DNA of 61,670 nucleotides, the filler included, from Globobulimina sp. (lineage: Eukaryota): NCBI GenBank assembly GCA_003354225.1. It is 15 parts of 15 records of this genome, joined end to end, with 100 filler letters (N's around TTAATTAATTAA, not from the genome) between each part and the next. Parts side by side here need not be neighbours in the genome. Positions count along the whole stretch, not along the records: positions 20,601 to 24,618 come from PIVH01001727.1; positions 24,719 to 28,736 come from PIVH01001728.1; positions 28,837 to 32,854 come from PIVH01001729.1; positions 32,955 to 36,972 come from PIVH01001730.1; 11 more parts are not named here. One strand, 5' to 3'. Shown in pieces: positions 22,300 to 33,239 of this stretch (its first letter is position 1; every line of letters begins with the position of its first letter). The notes below the pieces were generated by a model. That model was given only the letters and a program-made list of their open reading frames with translations. It ran no database searches and had not been told where the DNA came from. Position numbers and translations under genes: made by a program.

Positions 22300-22350
22300 G
22301 ATGAGTTTTATTTATGCAAAGTGCATTTCAGTAACAAACAAATACACACA

Positions 22351-23627
22351 ATGCAAGAAGCATCAGCACCAAATATAGAAGATATATTATCTGATGGTGG
22401 TGAAGTTGAAATGCAAACATTATTATCATTGCCAGGAACACGATGTTTCACAATAAATCAAGGTAAACGAACACAACTTGGTCACGGTGAATTAAACATT
22501 TGTACAATTGATGAAAACACATTATTATTATATGTACCAAATATATTTCATTACGCAATCACTAAACAATTCCCATCATTGCGTGCTACAAAACATAGCT
22601 TTGTATTCCCCGGACATAAAAGTCTTTGTTTTGGCATTGTTTTGCCAATTTCAACTCCATTGGATGACATCGATATGTTCGAAGGCTTATTGTCTCAATA
22701 TTCACAATATCAAATTGATGAGGAATTTCAAAATGAATTACAAGATAACAATATCGATGAAGATGAAAAAAAAGCAACATCCAAAGATGAGAAATACGCA
22801 GAAAAAGGTAAACAAATAGCAACATACATTGAAAAGGGCGCGTTGTTGGCAAGGAAAGGAATAAAAAAAACAACCTCTGTCGCATCGTTAGGAATTCGTA
22901 AATCAAATGAATTCATTAAAAAGAAAATCAAGGTACGTAAAAATATAGAGGTGAGCGAAAAAACAAAAGGGAGGATATCGAGAGCAAAGATGGTGAGCAA
23001 AGGCGCTGTAAAAGTAAGCAAAGCGGTGGTTGTTGGAGCAAAGGTAATGTGCTCTGAGTTGGCTGCGTCTGCATCGGATGCTGCCAGTAAAACTAAATTG
23101 GGACAAAAAATTTCAAATGCTGAAAGTGGGAAAATTAAAGCAGTTAAAGATGTGAGTAAAGCAGCAATTGGCGGCACATTGCTTATCATTGAGGAGTTGC
23201 ATAATGCGGCTATTGTATTGGTGGCAGAAGTGGCAGACTGCAGTGCTGATATTGCAAAATATAAATATGGAGATGAAGTTGGCGATGTCGCAGACAATGT
23301 TGCCGATGTAGTCAAAGATGGATCACAAGTGTTTAAAAATGTGTATGATGTTGGCATTAAGTATGTAACTATGAATATATATATATATATATGATGCTTG
23401 TTTATAATATGTAATTATGTATATATAGACCAATGGCAAGGACATTTATTGGAACTGGAGCTATTGATATGATGAGTACTGATGAAGAAAAGGAACAAAA
23501 TAGAAAAGAAAGAAGACTCCAGGACTTGCAAGGAGTTGGTCCAAGTGTTCAATCTGCAGCGACTATGGCCAAGGAGTTTGTAGTAAATGATATTCAACAG
23601 CAATCAGGGCAAAAATATAATGTTTGA
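22351..23627 (+). CDS. Senescence/spartin-associated domain protein (intron 23361-23428)
   Basis: GELNI, then IATYIEKGA...AKMVSKGAVKVSKAVV...KYKYGDEVGDVA. The GT-AG intron joins the last exon in frame. Confidence 0.8.
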
Positions 23628-23717
23628 ACTTTGAAAAATTAATGACACAACGTATAAGAGCAACATTTGTCACAATCTTTGGTGAATGGAAACTAGAGTT
23701 TGAATTAACGAACAATA

Positions 23718-24618
23718 ATGTCACCGTTATTAACCAAAAGTTGTTTAGTCATTGTCTTGTGCATAACTCAGCACAGTGATGCAACTGCTCCTCAAATGTG
23801 TGATAATTCCACTGCCTTTGGATTCTCTGCTTCAAGTTGCTCATCATATCTTGAACCGTGGGATATAAATGGATATTACTATTACAGCTATTTTGACCCT
23901 GATTATCAATGGATACCTGAAATATCAGCACCATTATTTGATCCAACTATAGATACCGCCAATATTGGTGATAGTTTGTATTATTGGATCGGTTGTCATG
24001 AAACAGAAACTATTTTCTGGTTACACATAGCTGCATCTTATCCAACCACTTCCGTTGACGTTAATCTTCCACCAACACTACTTTTTGGACAAAAACCAAC
24101 ATATTTTGTGCAGCTTTTTGGATGTATTTATCCATGCTCAACAAATCCTTGGTATCCTATGGGTCCTATGGTGGCTTGTTCAGTTACATACGATTTAGGA
24201 AACAATACTGTCGACCCAACAACATCGAATCCAACAACATTTGACTCCGACCCAACAACATCGGACCCAACAACATCAAATCCAACAACATCTGATCCAA
24301 CAACATCGGACCCAACAACATCGAATCTAACAACAAAAACGCCAATGATATTTACAACAAAGACTATTGTTCCATCATCAGAAAATACTGATACAACTAC
24401 TCTACCAACAACCTTGCAAACGTCAGATGTAACAACAACCACAGATTCCGTAACAACTTCTGTGACATGGACTGATATCTCAACTGCTAGTACCAAGGCA
24501 ACCAAATGTGAGGATGATTTAAGTTTGGAAAATTCAGGTTGTTCAGATAATGGTTGCAGCAGAAATATGCCGTATTTAGAGTTTAGTTTATCATTTAGTG
24601 TTTGTAGATATATATTTA
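23718..24618 (+). CDS. Secreted mucin-like protein with [DN]PTTS repeats (3' truncated)
   Basis: Signal peptide; 15-nt tandem repeats at about 24213-24330; Thr-rich. Confidence 0.75.
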
Positions 24619-25140
24619 NNNNNNNNNNNNNNNNNNNNNNNNNNNNNNNNNNNNNNNNNNNNTTAATTAATTAANNNNNNNNNNNNNNNNNNNNNNNNNN
24701 NNNNNNNNNNNNNNNNNNATTGCAATTCTGCTTAGTGGAGAAAGAAAAAGCATTTTAACTAGCTCAGTTGCACCGAATAATGTTTTTTTACGTGGTGAAT
24801 AATCATCAACAAATTGTGAATAATCATTTTACGTGGTGTCAGAAACCATGGTATTGTATATATCAACAACAGCAACCACTTTGTATTCAATTTAACAAAC
24901 AATGGTGGCAAATAAGTCGGAAAGTAGAAGATATGTTGGAAATCAAGCATCGGCCGGAATGTCCAAACAATAAATATGTGCCAATTGATTATACGAACTC
25001 GCATTTATTCTCTGCTTCCAACAAATAGTAATTTAGAATCATTATTTAATTTAATTCAACAAAACATTTTTAGCAAGCTCGAGTTGAAAAAAAAGAAACA
25101 AAAGTTGTAAGTCCGAGTCCAGATTGCAACATCAACCAAA

Positions 25141-25273
25141 AAATAGGGTGGAAGTTTTAGTTTTACCTTTATCTGCGCATAACCGTCAGGGGAAATATAA
25201 TTTTCAGAAATATACAAAACTCCCTTGACGGTTATGCGCAGCTAAAGGTAAAACTAAAACTTCCACCCTATTT
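25141..25273. mobile_element. MITE-like inverted repeat
   Basis: About 50-bp arms AAATAGGGTGGAAGTTTTAGTTTTACCTTTA[T/G]CTGCGCATAACCGTCA, near perfect; TA flanks the GGGTG...CACCC termini. Confidence 0.75.
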
Positions 25274-25461
25274 CAGGACATGTGAGTGGTACCAGAGGTC
25301 TCTCCTGGTCCCAGGGATGCAGAATATACACGAATTGGTTGGTACAGATTTTGGAAAAAAGTACAACAAGTTCTTTCTGCTATGGTCTGGTTGCGTAATA
25401 AATTTTTACCAACTAACTCAAAAATCCCTTAAAACATCCTCAAAAACTCGCATCAGCAATC

Positions 25462-26317
25462 ATGGGTTTGCAACTATGTGTTGTTATAATTGCTTCATGT
25501 TTGTATAACAAAAACAAAAGGTATCTGCTCGGCAAAAGACGACAGTGACGAGGCCATCGTAGCAAACACGGTGAAAGAGCCATTGGTCAAAGAAAGCGAA
25601 CAGCAACAAAAAGATGTGGAAGAGCAACCCAACGAAGCAGATGACGCCAAAAATAGCCCAGCCGAGGACCAGGAAGACGCCGTGCCGGTACCGGGGGAAG
25701 CCGTACAAGAAAAACAAAAAGAGCCAGCAAAACAGCCGGTAGTCGAAGATAAAGGAAGTGCGGCAGCCAACGTTAACGATGCAGAAGATGTGAAAGAGAA
25801 TGTAGCGGCGCCCGTAGCTACAGAAGAAAATGTAGTCAATGATGCAGAAGATGTGAAAGAAAACGTAGCCAAACCAGTGCCTAAAGTGGAATTAGCAAAA
25901 CCAGCCGAGAACGTAGCAGCGGCCAAAGCAGAGCCAAACGCAAAAGCAGTGGCTGTGGATGAAGAAGACGAGAAAGCGGCATTCAATGCGCAGCAATATG
26001 TGGATGAGACAGTGTCGTCAGGCTCGGTTGTGATGATTGCAAAATCTGATTGCAAATTTTGCAAAGAAGCGTTGGTTATATTAGAGAAATACTCTAAAAA
26101 TGTGATTAAAAAAGAAATTGATGTCGATTTTCAGGAATCTGACATGGGGCAAATCACTGACTATTGTAAGGCATTAACGGGCGAAGCCTCAGTGCCGCGG
26201 ATATTCATTGACGGGAAATTTGTCGGTGGCTGTGATGACGCCAAGGCATTGGATGAAAAGGGAGAGTTGAAAACATTGATTGAAAATGCAACCAAAGCTG
26301 CTAGCAAAGAGGAGTAA
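25462..26317 (+). CDS. Glutaredoxin with predicted N-acylation motif and long acidic linker (intron 25478-25520)
   Basis: Spliced N-terminus MGLQLCICS; CKFC active site; SVPRIFIDGKFVGGCDD. Confidence 0.88.
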
Positions 26318-26802
26318 AGTATTTATTCTACATATTAATTAATAATATGCTGACGCGTGCATGTAATTTTTGTATATTATATTAGTTTTTTTTTACGCGT
26401 GCAGTGCAAGGATATACGTTTATTATTATTATTTTTTCTGAGTTAATACATTTAGATTTTTCATCGTCAGAACGTTTTCGTAACAATTCTTCAAATATTC
26501 TCTGACGGTGTCAAATTAAACATATCTTTTTCAAGCTGAGAAAAAAAGTATGTCCTGATTTTCTCAAAAACTCTGAAATGTTTGACTATTCCACACAAAA
26601 CTAGTGCAATGGAAATAAACACACTGATTTTTAATTACTGGTATACGTATCCATTGAAATATTGTTAGGTATTGCATAAAGATCGAGAAAAAAAGTCAAG
26701 GAAAAAAAAAGTCATCACAAGGAAAAAAAAAATATGACAAACAATTATTATATATACATATATTATTAACAGAGGAAACAGAACATTCAATGCAGAATTT
26801 AT

Positions 26803-28521
26803 TTATATAGCATTTATTGTAATTAATGACAAATTTCTAAATTGTGTCGATGATTTAAATCTACCCAAACTATATCTCGCCAAATCAACCAATTCTAAAA
26901 TAACAGCATCAAATATTGTGTCAAATTGATTAATCACAACATTATCAGCGTTTAAATCATCAAATAAACGCTTTAATTTAATCCGCTCTCGAAACGAAAT
27001 GTTGATTTCCAATTCGCTTTCACTGTTTGCATATTTATTATATAATACATATGCTCTGATTGCAAATGATAATATCCCTTCTCTTTTATGTTTGTTTTTA
27101 TTTTTATTCCCTTTATTTTTATGGTACATTGTTATTATTTTGTGATTGGAATAATAATTAACAACATCCTCCAATTCGCCATGAACAATAAATGATTTTG
27201 AGATATCCTCATTATCCATAATTGCTTGTGCTACATCTGACAATTTTGCAATTGCACAATCACTATGATCCACATTTGAATTCCAGCATGATTTAAATTG
27301 AACGAATTCGATCAATGCCAATATCACTTCTAAGCTCATTTCATTCATCATATGATCTACAAACAAATCCGACACTTCTTTGTGCCCCAATATATGTTCT
27401 AAACCTATTCGTTTCTCTATTTTTTGTTCAGATTCTGTTTTTTGTTCAGATTCATTTGGATCGGAGGAAAACTCAAAAGAAACAGAATGCATTTCCTGAA
27501 GCGGAAAAGGTTTGTTCTTCACATATTCTTCCAACGCCAATTCATCTTTATACAGTACATTATTTTCAATTTTATGCACATCGCTCTTATTCATTTTATA
27601 TAAGACCCAACAAGTTATCACCATGCCGGCTGACCAATATCCCAAAGCACCGATAAATATAATCACAGCATCGCGGATCTCAGGCTCCATAAAGTTGCCG
27701 CCAAAAAGGAAGAATAACACGTAAAGACTCACTCCCATCACAAATATCAGCGCAATGTACTTCATTTCGGTAGAAATTGACAACGAGTCATAAAATCGAG
27801 GGGTTTTGCACCAAAGCACTAAGCAACAGACCATTGGGATAAAGTATAATAACCAATCTAAAAAGATAGAAAAAGTCCATATCTCAGTATTGTTATAGTC
27901 TGAGCCTTTCTGCATCCATATTATGGCGCTGATAGTCCACGAAACGAGCGATGCAAAGACGATAATGGCAAAAATACAAAAGATTCTTGGTTTGAGCCAG
28001 TTAATATTGCCATATCGGTTTTTATTTTTGAAAAACCAGTCGCTTTGAATGTTCAATGTAACATGATTTAGATATACTTTCCACGACGACTCAAATACCA
28101 TCATACTCCAACTGAAATCATAATAAATTAAGTAGAACCTTGTGAGAGCACACCATGACACCGCATGTGGTAAAACACTACATAGAATTATAGATACGCG
28201 CATTTTTAGGAAATATATGTACTGTAAGTATGCATGTATGATATACCTATATGTTACAGTTTGGATCCACCATAAAATATCTTGAGTAGATGTAGTCACT
28301 AAGCCACTAACTCGGAGATAATAAATTATTCGGTCAAGTACAAATAATACAGCTGGAATGCTCATATAAATTGTCATCATTGGATACCGTTTTTTGACCC
28401 ATAATCGTCGCCGATTATTCCAAAATTTCGTAATGAAATAAACCAGTATCACACTCATAAGAACTAATAGGATCGAAATCGCAACGAAAATCACAATGCT
28501 TCTGTCGCCTCCCAACGCCAT
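26803..28521 (-). CDS. 7TM-RGS protein (in-frame 69-nt intron 28178-28246)
   Basis: Seven hydrophobic segments, then LEHIL..FVDHMMNEMSLEVILALIEFVQFK...ELEINIS...FDAVILELVDL..SLGRF (RGS). Confidence 0.85.
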   Translation of the reverse strand: MALGGDRSIVIFVAISILLVLMSVILVYFITKFWNNRRRLWVKKRYPMMTIYMSIPAVLFVLDRIIYYLRVSGLVTTSTQDILWWIQTVTYRYIIHAYLQYIYFLKMRVSIILCSVLPHAVSWCALTRFYLIYYDFSWSMMVFESSWKVYLNHVTLNIQSDWFFKNKNRYGNINWLKPRIFCIFAIIVFASLVSWTISAIIWMQKGSDYNNTEIWTFSIFLDWLLYFIPMVCCLVLWCKTPRFYDSLSISTEMKYIALIFVMGVSLYVLFFLFGGNFMEPEIRDAVIIFIGALGYWSAGMVITCWVLYKMNKSDVHKIENNVLYKDELALEEYVKNKPFPLQEMHSVSFEFSSDPNESEQKTESEQKIEKRIGLEHILGHKEVSDLFVDHMMNEMSLEVILALIEFVQFKSCWNSNVDHSDCAIAKLSDVAQAIMDNEDISKSFIVHGELEDVVNYYSNHKIITMYHKNKGNKNKNKHKREGILSFAIRAYVLYNKYANSESELEINISFRERIKLKRLFDDLNADNVVINQFDTIFDAVILELVDLARYSLGRFKSSTQFRNLSLITINAI

Positions 28522-28836
28522 GGTCCAACAAAAGTTTCTCAAAATTCCCAAGCTGAAAAAAAAAAACTTTCCTCACTTCTTCCTTTACGCTCTAATTCTA
28601 GAACCTAAACCCTCGCCCAAAGCTGCAGCGTTTTCAAATTCTGATTTAGAAAAGTATTTCCTGGCTTTTTCAAAACATTTTCAAACTTTGAAAAGCATTT
28701 TCTGACAAGGTTTGGCGTTTTCAAAGTTTGTATCAGNNNNNNNNNNNNNNNNNNNNNNNNNNNNNNNNNNNNNNNNNNNNTTAATTAATTAANNNNNNNN
28801 NNNNNNNNNNNNNNNNNNNNNNNNNNNNNNNNNNNN

Positions 28837-29572
28837 TAACGAAGGCGAGTTGTTGCAAGGTTTGGATATGGATTTAATTAGAAAGTTAAAAATGGAAAAT
28901 AAAATTGAGATTGGTAATATATATAAAGGCGAATATGATTATACAAATGTGAGTATTATTGCTAATACGTTTGCTGATGAAAAAACACAAAATATTGGGT
29001 ATGTTTTGCAAAATATTAAAAAAGATATCAAACAGCCGCAGGTAATGAAGTTTAGCAATAAGTCAAAGTTTGATATGAAATCTGGTGATTGGAATTGCAT
29101 TAAATGTCATTATCATAATTTTGCAAATCGATGGTTTTGTAGAACGTGCAATAATATCAATCATACATTAAAAAATGGTGATTGGTTATGTAGTAAATGC
29201 GATGATATTAATTTCGCAAAAAATAAAGTTTGCAGGAAATGCAAAGTGACAAAGAGACCAGTAAATGGACCAAATATTGTTAAGAAGAATGAGGATGAGG
29301 AGGAGAAAGAGAGCAAACAAGAAATTAAAGGCATTGAATGTGCGGTGAATGATGATATTGTGAATGTTGTGATGAACAGAATTAAAAAACAACGCAAGTT
29401 TCATGATTGGAAATGTAAAAATTGTAAATATATTAATTTCGAAGCAAATGAGAAATGTAAGAAATGCAATGTAACGAAAACTGATAATTTTGGTGATTGG
29501 AAATGTAATGCATGCAAATTTATGAATTTTGGTTCAAGAAAGAATTGTAAACAATGTAATAAATCTAAATAA
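28837..29572 (+). CDS. RanBP2-type zinc-finger protein, 4 fingers (5' truncated)
   Basis: Four DW.C..C...NF.....C..C motifs. Confidence 0.88.
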
Positions 29573-29756
29573 AGTATTTTTTTTGTTTTTTTTTGTTTTT
29601 GTTTGTACGGGGTATTGTTTTGACTATATCACATCGTGTGTTTATCAAACATTTGCTCACTTTTTATATTTATTTCGATAGTTTCATAGAGCGTCTATGT
29701 AACAAAACGATAATTAACATTTTTAGAGGCTATTAATAAACAACTCATATTAAGTA

Positions 29757-31448
29757 ATGGCACCAAGACCAACAAAGACGCCCATTTTAACCCACGCCGC
29801 ACAACAAAATGTTCAACGATTCCCAGCACCAAGAAATCCAACGCGCAATTCAGACAAACAAGAGCCATTACTTCAATCCAGTGCCTCCCAACCAAACTTA
29901 GTTCATCCAACAAAACAACTCCTCCCAAACGATGCCAGCCAAGCTTTCCTAAAACCGGACGAGAAACCAGTTTATCAACGATCAAAATCATGTTTCCTAT
30001 GGGTTGTATTATGCTTGTCGTGTTGGGCAATGTTTGGCAGTTATTACTGTTACGATAATCCGACTGCGCTATCCAATCAATTCAGAGATGAATATAACTT
30101 ATCCGATACGCAGTACAACTTACTTTACTCCGTCTATTCATTTCCAAACATAATCCTGCCATTATTTGGTGGTGCATTGATCGATCGAATCGGCGCAGAA
30201 ACCTCACTATTAATATTTTTATGTTTCATCACAGCGGGCCAAGCATTATTCGCCTTCGCAGCCTCCATCAAAAGTTATCCATTAATGTTAGTCGGCCGCT
30301 CCGTGTATGGCTTAGGCGGTGAGTCACTGTGCGTGGCCGAGTCTGCTTTGTTGGCGGTTTATTTCATGGGCACAGAAGTCGCATTTGCAATGGGCTTAAA
30401 TCTGTCATTGGGTCGGTCTGGCAGCTCGTTAAACGATTATGCGACATTACGGATTTATGAGGCAAACAATTCCATTCCGCAAGCTTTATGGGCTGGCTTC
30501 TTATTGCTATGCATCTGTCTGCTATTTACTGTCATTATGGTTGTATTGGATGCCCTGAAAACGCGCCAAAAAGAAAAACAAGGCTTTGCTGTTCCACAGG
30601 CACATTCTGGAGAAGTGGTGCAGTTGAAAGAAATCTGCGACTTTGGAATATTATATTGGTTATTGACAGTATCATGCATTGTCATCTATGGCTGCGTGTT
30701 GCCGTGGAATAACATTGGCAGTTCCTTCTTGCAGGCACAATATGGCTATTCTCGAAAGAAAGGCAACTATTTGCTGATGCTTCCATACCTGATTTCTGCG
30801 GTTTGTTGTCCTTTTTTTGGTTATGCCTGTGAGAGATTGGGCAAACGCTGCCAACTGTTACTGGCGTCGAGTGGCGCCTTGATGTTATCGCATGCCATGT
30901 TTGCATGGTTTACTTGGATAAATCCAATAATCGCGCTGACTTTGATGGGTATTGCCTATTCTATCTATGCCAGCGCGATCTGGCCAGCTGTTGCGTTGGT
31001 TGTGAAAGAGTCCAAATTGGGCACCGCTTATGGCTTTATAACGGCTGTGCAAAATTGCGGCTTGGCTGTCTTTCCAATCATTGTGGGCACTTTGACGCAA
31101 TCGGAGGGTGACCCGAAAAGTGAGTATTATTATGTGGAGGTGTTCTTGTTTGGTTTAGCTTTGTTTGGGGTGGTGGTGGGAGCATTGTTGTGGTGGAAGG
31201 ATGTTAACGGAGCGGCAGTATTGGCACAACCATCCATTCAAAAGGATCCGCAGGGAACTACAAGAAAAGAATTTGGAGACACATTTAAGGAGCATAAGGT
31301 GCAATTGCTTAGTGAGCAAAATGAGGCTGAGGATGAGGCAAATATATCGTTGCAGACACCGCAGTTAATGTATGAGCAGCATGACGACGGAGAGCTTGTG
31401 CATACACCTGTTGCATTGCAAAATAATGAAGATCATGTAATCAAATAG
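29757..31448 (+). CDS. MFSD1: MFS transporter, MFSD1-like (lysosomal)
   Basis: FGSYYCYDNP, YNLLYSVYSFPNIILP, GLGGESL, GTAYG..TAVQN; about 12 TMs; EPLL dileucine-like motif. Confidence 0.85.
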   Translation: MAPRPTKTPILTHAAQQNVQRFPAPRNPTRNSDKQEPLLQSSASQPNLVHPTKQLLPNDASQAFLKPDEKPVYQRSKSCFLWVVLCLSCWAMFGSYYCYDNPTALSNQFRDEYNLSDTQYNLLYSVYSFPNIILPLFGGALIDRIGAETSLLIFLCFITAGQALFAFAASIKSYPLMLVGRSVYGLGGESLCVAESALLAVYFMGTEVAFAMGLNLSLGRSGSSLNDYATLRIYEANNSIPQALWAGFLLLCICLLFTVIMVVLDALKTRQKEKQGFAVPQAHSGEVVQLKEICDFGILYWLLTVSCIVIYGCVLPWNNIGSSFLQAQYGYSRKKGNYLLMLPYLISAVCCPFFGYACERLGKRCQLLLASSGALMLSHAMFAWFTWINPIIALTLMGIAYSIYASAIWPAVALVVKESKLGTAYGFITAVQNCGLAVFPIIVGTLTQSEGDPKSEYYYVEVFLFGLALFGVVVGALLWWKDVNGAAVLAQPSIQKDPQGTTRKEFGDTFKEHKVQLLSEQNEAEDEANISLQTPQLMYEQHDDGELVHTPVALQNNEDHVIK

Positions 31449-31522
31449 ACAATCTTGTAATGATGAAGCTATTTTGTTTTAACTTGTTTTAATTATCCAA
31501 AAATTCCGATTGCTGAATGTAA

Positions 31523-32692
31523 TTATTTTACATAACGAAGAAAAAAAGTTGCATTTATTAATTTTGCGTCTAACAGTGTCTGTTTCAAATCATTGTATAT
31601 TTTCTTTGGGAATGGCGAAAATAATTCAAACGCATATGGAATGAAACGAATGTCATCATTCCCTGTGGATTGCTTGGTGCTTTGTTTTATACTTTGTAGA
31701 TATTTGTGTACCAATTCGTATACAATTGCTAACCTATCATTGATATTCATTTTTAATATCAGTGTAAAGTTATGATTCGACGATTTTATTCGCAACGTTG
31801 ATACTTTGATGTTGTACTTACTTAATTTATTATTTTGTGTCAATAAACATCCTTCGGCCTGCAGTAAGTTGGCAGTCGGAGTGTCTATAAATACTAAATC
31901 CGAAGTGTTGTTTGTTTTGGCCTGAAATCCGGAGCGATAATCTACAATTTTTCCATTATTGCTTTTATATTTCTGTGACTTGGAAGTAGTATTCGTACAA
32001 TTTACTGCATCAAATCTGACACCATTTGGATATTCTTGTCTTAATTCAGATGGAAAATATCCGTCCAATATATCACGTATAAACTGTTTTGTTTCAAACA
32101 AGTCATATTTCCGAACTGGTCCATTTGTTAAAAATAGTCCATCCGAATACAATATTAAAGGGATTGATGGTACTGAAGTAAAGTGATAAATGTTTGAATG
32201 TTTATGTTTTGTGATATACTGATAATTAACCAAAGAATTTAATTCTTCAATTTTTTGCAGTACCATATTAACATCAAAATCGACGGAACTTTTGTCTGAA
32301 TTTGTAGATTGTGCAGGTTTCATTGCTTGAGTATTGTTGGTTTTATGGTGATGATATCCGACCCATTCCAGCCCGTAATCAGCCAAAAATAGTTCCATTT
32401 CAGCAATTTGTCGCTTACATTGCAGGTTCTCAATTTCAAGTTCTTCTATGACATTATTATCATTATTTGGATATAAAATACTCTCTAAATCGTTGTTATA
32501 ATTCGTTAAAATGCTGATTTGATCATCTTTGTGTTTCATAGCATTTCTTAGATTGTCCATTTGTTTTTCCAATACAGACAATCTTTTTGTAATGGAGATA
32601 ATTGCTGTTTGATGGCTACCATTTGGAACAATATCGTTTGAAAGTGATGATGTCTTTTGTTCGATAGCGTTTTTATACGGATCCGACGACAT
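31523..32692 (-). CDS. UBXN11: UBXN11-like SEP/UBX domain protein
   Basis: Coiled coil, EMELFLADYGLEWVG, FIRDILDGYFPSEL, C-terminal UBX (FELFSPFPKKIY). Confidence 0.8.
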   Translation of the reverse strand: MSSDPYKNAIEQKTSSLSNDIVPNGSHQTAIISITKRLSVLEKQMDNLRNAMKHKDDQISILTNYNNDLESILYPNNDNNVIEELEIENLQCKRQIAEMELFLADYGLEWVGYHHHKTNNTQAMKPAQSTNSDKSSVDFDVNMVLQKIEELNSLVNYQYITKHKHSNIYHFTSVPSIPLILYSDGLFLTNGPVRKYDLFETKQFIRDILDGYFPSELRQEYPNGVRFDAVNCTNTTSKSQKYKSNNGKIVDYRSGFQAKTNNTSDLVFIDTPTANLLQAEGCLLTQNNKLSKYNIKVSTLRIKSSNHNFTLILKMNINDRLAIVYELVHKYLQSIKQSTKQSTGNDDIRFIPYAFELFSPFPKKIYNDLKQTLLDAKLINATFFLRYVK

Positions 32693-33239
32693 TTTCCAAT
32701 CAAATATATAAATCAATTATTGGTGATATAATACTCATAATGATTTAAATGCAATGGCGAAATTATTGCTGCTGTATGAAAGAATTGAATTTTATCACAA
32801 TTGTTATAATCATGACCCAACGCATGAGTTTTTTAAACAAAATCATCTCCAGTTNNNNNNNNNNNNNNNNNNNNNNNNNNNNNNNNNNNNNNNNNNNNTT
32901 AATTAATTAANNNNNNNNNNNNNNNNNNNNNNNNNNNNNNNNNNNNNNNNNNNNAAATAACACTATTTATTTCCTTTTTTTATGTTGTTTTTTTTTGTAA
33001 TATATAAATAAAATTCTGTTTTTTATGTTTTTTGCATGACCCTTTTATTATTTTTATGTTTAATACTTTTCTTTATTTCCTTTTTTTTGTTCGTTTGCTT
33101 TGCTTTTTTTGTTCTGGTTGTTTCGTGTATTAATTTATGTAAATTTTATGTTTTTTTAACCATTCGACACATGTACAATACACTAATCTTGCAACTGCAG
33201 TCCAAAAACTGCGGGCTCAAAATTGTACGGATTTATACC

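Noticed and set aside
28625-28736. TTTTCAAA repeats with a CAAACTTTGAAAA inverted pair
   Set aside because: Possibly another MITE, but cut by the contig end, so boundaries cannot be supported.
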